A stretch of 64,000 nucleotides of DNA from an uncultured Bacillota bacterium (GTDB taxonomy: Bacteria > Bacillota > Dehalobacteriia > UBA7702), in the NCBI GenBank assembly GCA_902796855.1, contig CADBQN010000016.1:7038-71037 (forward strand). The letters are read 5' to 3'. A program made the position numbers and the translations under genes. Every line of letters starts with the position of its first letter. Position 1 is the first letter of the stretch. The notes under the pieces are model-generated. The model was not told the DNA's origin, ran no database searches, and worked only from the letters and a program-made list of their open reading frames with translations. Below are positions 59,115-64,000 of this stretch, in pieces.

Positions 59115-60609
59115 GCGCTTTGTCGATGACGCCAAAGAGGATCAGCAAAGAAAGATAAAGGAAAAGGAAACAGCACGCGGATACCGTTACGGCAGCGATG
59201 TCGGTGACAGGTATCCGCGTCATTTGTTTTTGAATGAAATCCATCAGAATAAAGGAAACCGCGGCAAAGAGGAGAGGGGACAGATAGTTCTTTAGAATGG
59301 GGACGTGAAACCCCGTCAGTTTTTTTAAATAGAGATAATTGATCAGGAAAAGGAGAAGATCGTCGGAAAGAAAAACGAGGATCAGCCAATGCAGGGAAAA
59401 GGAATCGCTCCGCCCTAAGAAGAAAAGACCCGCGAGATACACGGCGCCGGTGACGGCGTAATGGCAGAATAATCGCCCGAAACGGTTCATGCCCTGTAAA
59501 ATCGCGATGATCGGCTGTTGTACGTAGATGAAGATGCCGCCGAGGCTGAGCAGGGCGAGCATCGGGCCCGCCTCGGGAGAGGCGAAGAGTATATCGCAAA
59601 GCTCCTCCGCGAAACAGAAAAGCAAAAGGAGGATGGGAACGGTCACGATGTACGTGTAAGCGATGCTCTTTTCTATGCGCCTGTTCCGAAGTTCCGTCAG
59701 GCCGCGGCTGTCCGCGGAGGCAATGGCCGGGATCAGCGGTGTTGTCAGCGCTCCCGTCACGACGGACGGCAGATGGAGCACGGTCACGGCGACACCGATG
59801 AACAGACCGAAGAAGGACGCGGCTTCCGCCGCCGTCGCGCCGTGGCTCGTCAGCGCCGCCGGTATCAGGACCGCCTGGATCGCCGGGATCACCGACAGGA
59901 CCAAACGGCTCATCGTAATCGGGACGCCCGTTTTGATCATTTTCCCGGCAAGGCCGCTCCGGAACGTACCGGAACTTTTTCCCGGTATTTTGCGGTAAAG
60001 GCACAGCAGATAGATTCCGCCGCCGCTTTCGGCCAAAAGGGAAGCGAAGGCGAATCCCACCAGAATAACGGGTAACGGAGCGTTCCGGGAGCACAGAAGA
60101 ATGACGATACCGATGCCGGCGGCAACGCGGATGCTTTGTTCCACGACCTGACTTTTGCCGATGCAGGAAACGAGCCTTGAACCCTGAAAAAATCCGCGCA
60201 GGGACGAAAAGACCGAAATCAAAAAGATCGTCGGGACCAGCGTGATAAAACCGGGGATCACCCTGGCATCGGAAAAAACAAGAGGCGCGATGACGGGAAA
60301 GAGCAACGCCGTAACGGCGATCACCAGCGAACTGCTGACGACGAGAACGACGGTGCCGGTGCGGACAATGTCGGCGATGCCTTTGGCGCTGCGCTCGGCA
60401 CTGATAAAATTGGAAATCGCCGGAGGCACGCCGAGAGAGGCAATGACGAGCAGAAAAGAATAAAACGGTGACATCAGCTCCGTCAGACCGAGGCCTTCCG
60501 CGCCAATCAGCCGGATCAGCACGCCGCGGTAGATAAGGCTCAGCACTTTTACCGTGCCGTTGGTCAGAATCAGCACCGAAGCGCCGAGAAAAACCGATTC
60601 TTTCTTCAT
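59077..60609 (-). CDS. MOP-superfamily polysaccharide/peptidoglycan flippase (stage V sporulation protein B-like)
   Basis: About 511 aa, 12-14 TM helices, 'MKKESVFLGASVLILTNGTVKVLSLIYRGVLIRLIGAEGLG' resembles the SpoVB/MurJ start. Confidence 0.65.
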   Translation of the reverse strand: MKKESVFLGASVLILTNGTVKVLSLIYRGVLIRLIGAEGLGLTELMSPFYSFLLVIASLGVPPAISNFISAERSAKGIADIVRTGTVVLVVSSSLVIAVTALLFPVIAPLVFSDARVIPGFITLVPTIFLISVFSSLRGFFQGSRLVSCIGKSQVVEQSIRVAAGIGIVILLCSRNAPLPVILVGFAFASLLAESGGGIYLLCLYRKIPGKSSGTFRSGLAGKMIKTGVPITMSRLVLSVIPAIQAVLIPAALTSHGATAAEAASFFGLFIGVAVTVLHLPSVVTGALTTPLIPAIASADSRGLTELRNRRIEKSIAYTYIVTVPILLLLFCFAEELCDILFASPEAGPMLALLSLGGIFIYVQQPIIAILQGMNRFGRLFCHYAVTGAVYLAGLFFLGRSDSFSLHWLILVFLSDDLLLFLINYLYLKKLTGFHVPILKNYLSPLLFAAVSFILMDFIQKQMTRIPVTDIAAVTVSACCFLFLYLSLLILFGVIDKALISSLLPRQKRR

Positions 60610-60743
60610 AGAATTCACCGTTTCAGAGTACGTGGAGCGGGAAAAAAATATACCTAAAAAAAGTTTATGAAAAATAAAGGATTTTAAGGAAAAATAGCAA
60701 ATATATAAGGTGGAAGTTTGCATACAATCTTAGGAGGTTCATA

Positions 60744-62774
60744 ATGAAAGTATATCCGTCCGAAAAAATCAGAAACGTTGTCATTGTAGGCCATCAGGGT
60801 ACAGGGAAAACCTCAGTGGCGGAATGTATGATCTACAATACCGGGAGTCTTTCCAGACTCGGCAAAGTAGATGAAGGGAACAGCGTTTCCGACTATCTTC
60901 CCGAAGAAACGAAAAAGAAAATCTCGATCAGCACGGCTTTGATGGCCTTTGAACATAAGGATAACAAAATCAATCTGCTGGATACACCGGGTTTTATGGA
61001 CTTTTACGGCGACGTAAAAGGCTGCCTGCGCATCGCCGATAACCTCTTAATGGTCGTCGACGCTGTTTCCGGCGCCCAGGTCAGCACCGAACTCATCTGG
61101 GAACAAGCCGATAAAAGAAAAACGTCCCGCTTTGTCCTCGTCAATAAAATGGACCGCGAAAACGCCGATTTCGCCAAAGCCCTCGATTCCCTGAAAAACG
61201 TCCTTTCCATGGATATCGTTCCCGTCGTGATCCCCATCGGTGCCGGCGAAACCTTCAGCGGCGTCGTCGATCTCATCGATATGAAAGCCTATGCCTATGA
61301 AAACGGCAAAGCCAAGGAAATCGACGTTCCCGCCGACATGGAAGACGAAATCGAAAACTATCGCGAAATGCTGATGGAATCCGCCGCTGCCGGCGATGAT
61401 GACATCATGGAAAAATATCTGGATACGCTTGAACTCGACCGGGATGAAATCATCAAAGGTCTGAAAGGCGGCGTGAAAAACGGCGAAGTCGCTCCTGTTT
61501 TCGCCTGCGGCGCTTATACGAATATCGGCATCGACAAAGTCGTGGACGCCATCTGCGCTTACGGCCCCAATCCGCTGGAAGCCTCGGACGAAGTGAAAGC
61601 CGACGAGCCCTTTGCCGCTTTGGTCTTTAAGACCATGACCGACCCTTATGTCGGCAAAATCAGTCTCTTCAAAGTGATGCAGGGGAGTTTCAAGACGGAA
61701 GGCACCGTCTATAACAGCACCAAGGATGCGGATGAAAAGATCAGCTCCGGCGGAACGATGCTTGGGAAGACCCAGGTCGCTCAGAACGAGTTCAACACCG
61801 GTGATATCGGTATGCTCGCCAAAATGCCGAAAGCCGGCAGCGGTGATACGCTCTGCACCAAAGCGAATCCCGTCACTCTGGACGGCATCGAATACCCCGT
61901 TCCCACGCTGACCATCGCCATCGCTCCGAAATCAAAGGCCGACGAAGATAAGCTCGGCAACGCCCTTGCCCGCCTGCTTGAGGAAGATCCCACCTTGCAG
62001 CTGGAAAAGAACAAGGAAACGAAACAGACTCTTCTGACCGGTCTCGGCGAAGCCCATGTCGGCATCGTCATTGAGCGTCTCTCCAAAAAATTCGGTGTCG
62101 AAGTGGAAAAGGAACCTGTTAAAGTTCCTTACAGAGAATCGATTCGCGGTACCGCCACGGATATCCGCGGCCGCCATAAAAAACAGTCCGGCGGTCACGG
62201 GCAGTTCGGTGATATCGTTGTTGATATGAGCTACTGCCCCGACAGCGAATTTGAATTTACCGAAACTATTTTCGGCGGTTCCGTTCCGAAGAACTACATC
62301 CCCGCCGTTGAAAAAGGCTTCCGTGAAGCGATGGAAGAAGGGATCCTCGCCGGTTATCCCGTCACCAACATCAAAGTCAATCTGAAAGACGGTTCTTATC
62401 ATCCCGTCGACTCTTCGGAAATGGCCTTTAAGATCGCCGCTTCCCTCGCTTTTAAACAGGGCTGTGAAAAAGCGAAACCGATCCTCCTCGAACCTTTCAT
62501 GAATGTAGAAGTCCTCGTTCCCGACCAATTCATGGGCGATATCATGGGCGACATGAACACCCGCCGCGGCAGAGTGCTCGGTATGGAAAAATCCGGGAAT
62601 ATCCAGTGCATCAAAGCCCAGGCGCCTCTTTCGGAAATGTACAGCTACGCCATCGATCTTCGTTCGATGACCCAGGGCAGAGGCTCCTTTACCATGGAAT
62701 TCTTTGATTACGAAGAACTTCCTCAAAACCTGGCCGACAAAGTCATCGCCGCCGCCAAAGCCGAAAAAGAATAA
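60744..62774 (+). CDS. Elongation factor G paralog (EF-G2-like translational GTPase)
   Basis: 'VVIVGHQGTGKTS' G1, 'DTPG' G3, 'NKMD' G4; 676 aa; AGGAGG RBS; diverged from canonical FusA (AHIDAGKTT). Confidence 0.8.
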   Translation: MKVYPSEKIRNVVIVGHQGTGKTSVAECMIYNTGSLSRLGKVDEGNSVSDYLPEETKKKISISTALMAFEHKDNKINLLDTPGFMDFYGDVKGCLRIADNLLMVVDAVSGAQVSTELIWEQADKRKTSRFVLVNKMDRENADFAKALDSLKNVLSMDIVPVVIPIGAGETFSGVVDLIDMKAYAYENGKAKEIDVPADMEDEIENYREMLMESAAAGDDDIMEKYLDTLELDRDEIIKGLKGGVKNGEVAPVFACGAYTNIGIDKVVDAICAYGPNPLEASDEVKADEPFAALVFKTMTDPYVGKISLFKVMQGSFKTEGTVYNSTKDADEKISSGGTMLGKTQVAQNEFNTGDIGMLAKMPKAGSGDTLCTKANPVTLDGIEYPVPTLTIAIAPKSKADEDKLGNALARLLEEDPTLQLEKNKETKQTLLTGLGEAHVGIVIERLSKKFGVEVEKEPVKVPYRESIRGTATDIRGRHKKQSGGHGQFGDIVVDMSYCPDSEFEFTETIFGGSVPKNYIPAVEKGFREAMEEGILAGYPVTNIKVNLKDGSYHPVDSSEMAFKIAASLAFKQGCEKAKPILLEPFMNVEVLVPDQFMGDIMGDMNTRRGRVLGMEKSGNIQCIKAQAPLSEMYSYAIDLRSMTQGRGSFTMEFFDYEELPQNLADKVIAAAKAEKE

Positions 62775-62911
62775 GCCGGGCAAAAGTTCAGCCATCAGCC
62801 GCGTGCCATCCTTCAAAACGGGTGGCACGCTTCTTTTATTGTCGGCGATTCGCGCTGTCATCGGCTTTTGATCTCTCTCATAGACTTTTTTAGAAAGAGA
62901 GGGATCCACAG

Positions 62912-63622
62912 ATGGAATTATCCGAAGTGCTTTTGATCGGCGCCGCCGCCGGTCTCGCCACGTCCCTTGGCGGAATCATCGCGAATTATCTGCCGGTCAA
63001 CAACGAGAAATGTCTTGAAACGCTGCTGGGCTTTGCCGGAGGGATCATGATCGGCCTATCCCTTTTCCAGCTGATGCCAGAAGGATACTTCTTTGCCAGA
63101 GGCGTCGTTCCCGCCGCCGCCGGCTTCCTCACCGGCATTGCCGTTATGGCTTTATTATCCCGCTTTTTCCATTTCGGCGATAACGAAACGAAAACGCTTC
63201 CTCAGGATTATCAAAAAACCGGTCTTTTCATCGGTCTCGCCATTGCCCTTCATAATCTTCCCGAGGGAATCGCCATCGGCGTTGGTTTCGCCGGCGGCAG
63301 CGGTCTCGGTTTTATGATCGCCGTCGCGATGATGCTGCACAACGTCCCGGAAGGCATCGGTGTCGGCGCGCCGCTGAAAAAAGGAGGTTCTTCTTTCGGT
63401 TCAATCCTCGCCGTTACGACCCTGACGGGACTGATGACACCTCTCGGCGCGGCGGTGGGGTGGTGGTTCGGTCACTTCTCCATGATGGCCCTGGGGGCCG
63501 CGATGGGCATGGCCGCCGGCGCGATGGTCTATGTCGCGCTGACAAAACTGCTCAGCGCCGAAAGCTATTGGAACGATCTCGGCGCCTTCTGCGGCATTTT
63601 ATTGACGTTCATCATCGCCTGA
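62912..63622 (+). CDS. ZIP family metal (Zn/Fe) transporter
   Basis: Paired 'HNLPEGIAIG' / 'HNVPEGIGVG' metal-binding motifs. Confidence 0.85.
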   Translation: MELSEVLLIGAAAGLATSLGGIIANYLPVNNEKCLETLLGFAGGIMIGLSLFQLMPEGYFFARGVVPAAAGFLTGIAVMALLSRFFHFGDNETKTLPQDYQKTGLFIGLAIALHNLPEGIAIGVGFAGGSGLGFMIAVAMMLHNVPEGIGVGAPLKKGGSSFGSILAVTTLTGLMTPLGAAVGWWFGHFSMMALGAAMGMAAGAMVYVALTKLLSAESYWNDLGAFCGILLTFIIA

Positions 63623-63786
63623 GCGCTGCGGGACAAAGGATGGAGAATCCGTGAAATCACGGGTTAAATTGCGAAAATACTAATATTTATGCTTTAAACC
63701 AAAGTGGGTGTATTTTTTGTTTTCTTTTTCTTTTATCTGTGGTATAATATTATAATTGAAACTACAGCCAGCCGGAAGGTGACAGA

Positions 63787-64000
63787 ATGAAATTCATTGA
63801 TATGCATTGCCACGTTTTTCCCGATGTCATTGCATCTCACGCCATCGATACACTGACGAAAAACTGTGATTACGTTCCCGTGGTTCGGGGCACTTTGACC
63901 GAGACCATCCGAATACAGCGCGAATGGGGCTGCCGACAATTTGTGATGCTGGACATCGCGACGTCGGTCAGAACCGTGCCGACGGTCAATGATTTCCTGA
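63787..64000 (+). CDS. Amidohydrolase-family (TIM-barrel metal-dependent hydrolase) protein, 5' partial at window edge
   Basis: 'MKFIDMHCHVFPDVIA' HxH metal-binding start typical of amidohydrolase_2; truncated by window end. Confidence 0.55.
   Translation, partial: MKFIDMHCHVFPDVIASHAIDTLTKNCDYVPVVRGTLTETIRIQREWGCRQFVMLDIATSVRTVPTVNDFL

Overview
This is a high-GC (about 55-60%) Firmicutes/Clostridia-type chromosomal segment. Coding is dense and mostly on the + strand, with Shine-Dalgarno sites (AGGAGG-like) before most genes. Sporulation genes (spoIVA, a spoVB-like flippase) and an SLH-domain protein indicate a spore-forming organism with an S-layer. The dominant feature is a complete Wood-Ljungdahl carbonyl-branch cluster at 32.9-44.1 kb: cooC-acsA(CODH)-acsB(ACS)-acsC-RACo-acsF-acsD-acsE. 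It is preceded by a roughly 380-bp AT-rich leader and flanked by tRNA genes, so the organism is very likely an acetogen. Housekeeping genes include glpK, rpmB, nadE, yebC, mscL, hisHF, gatCAB, hom-lysC, ahcY, class-I fumarase, der-plsY, dinG, folE-lepB-surE, an EF-G paralog and a ZIP transporter. Four tRNAs are called: Pro-GGG, Gln-CTG, Pro-TGG and Arg-CCG. Items worth a second look: (1) a cobalamin riboswitch directly upstream of an operon encoding a threonine-dehydrogenase-like Zn-ADH and a TrpD-like phosphoribosyltransferase; (2) a consensus-promoter-driven pair of a class-II glutamine amidotransferase and a GshA-family ligase (EgtC/EgtA-like without EgtB/D); (3) two CooT-family nickel proteins, one translationally coupled to a His-rich coiled-coil protein (CooJ-like?); (4) a 34-residue CAG/CAA-encoded poly-glutamine tract in the C-terminal tail of PBP1A; (5) a low-GC vWA-SLH surface-protein gene; (6) two DUF3786-like paralogs, one abutting the acs cluster; (7) two unassignable co-directional genes at 3.3-4.8 kb. 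No CRISPR array, transposase or integrase was seen. All functional calls rest on my recognition of protein motifs in the supplied translations; no database searches were run.
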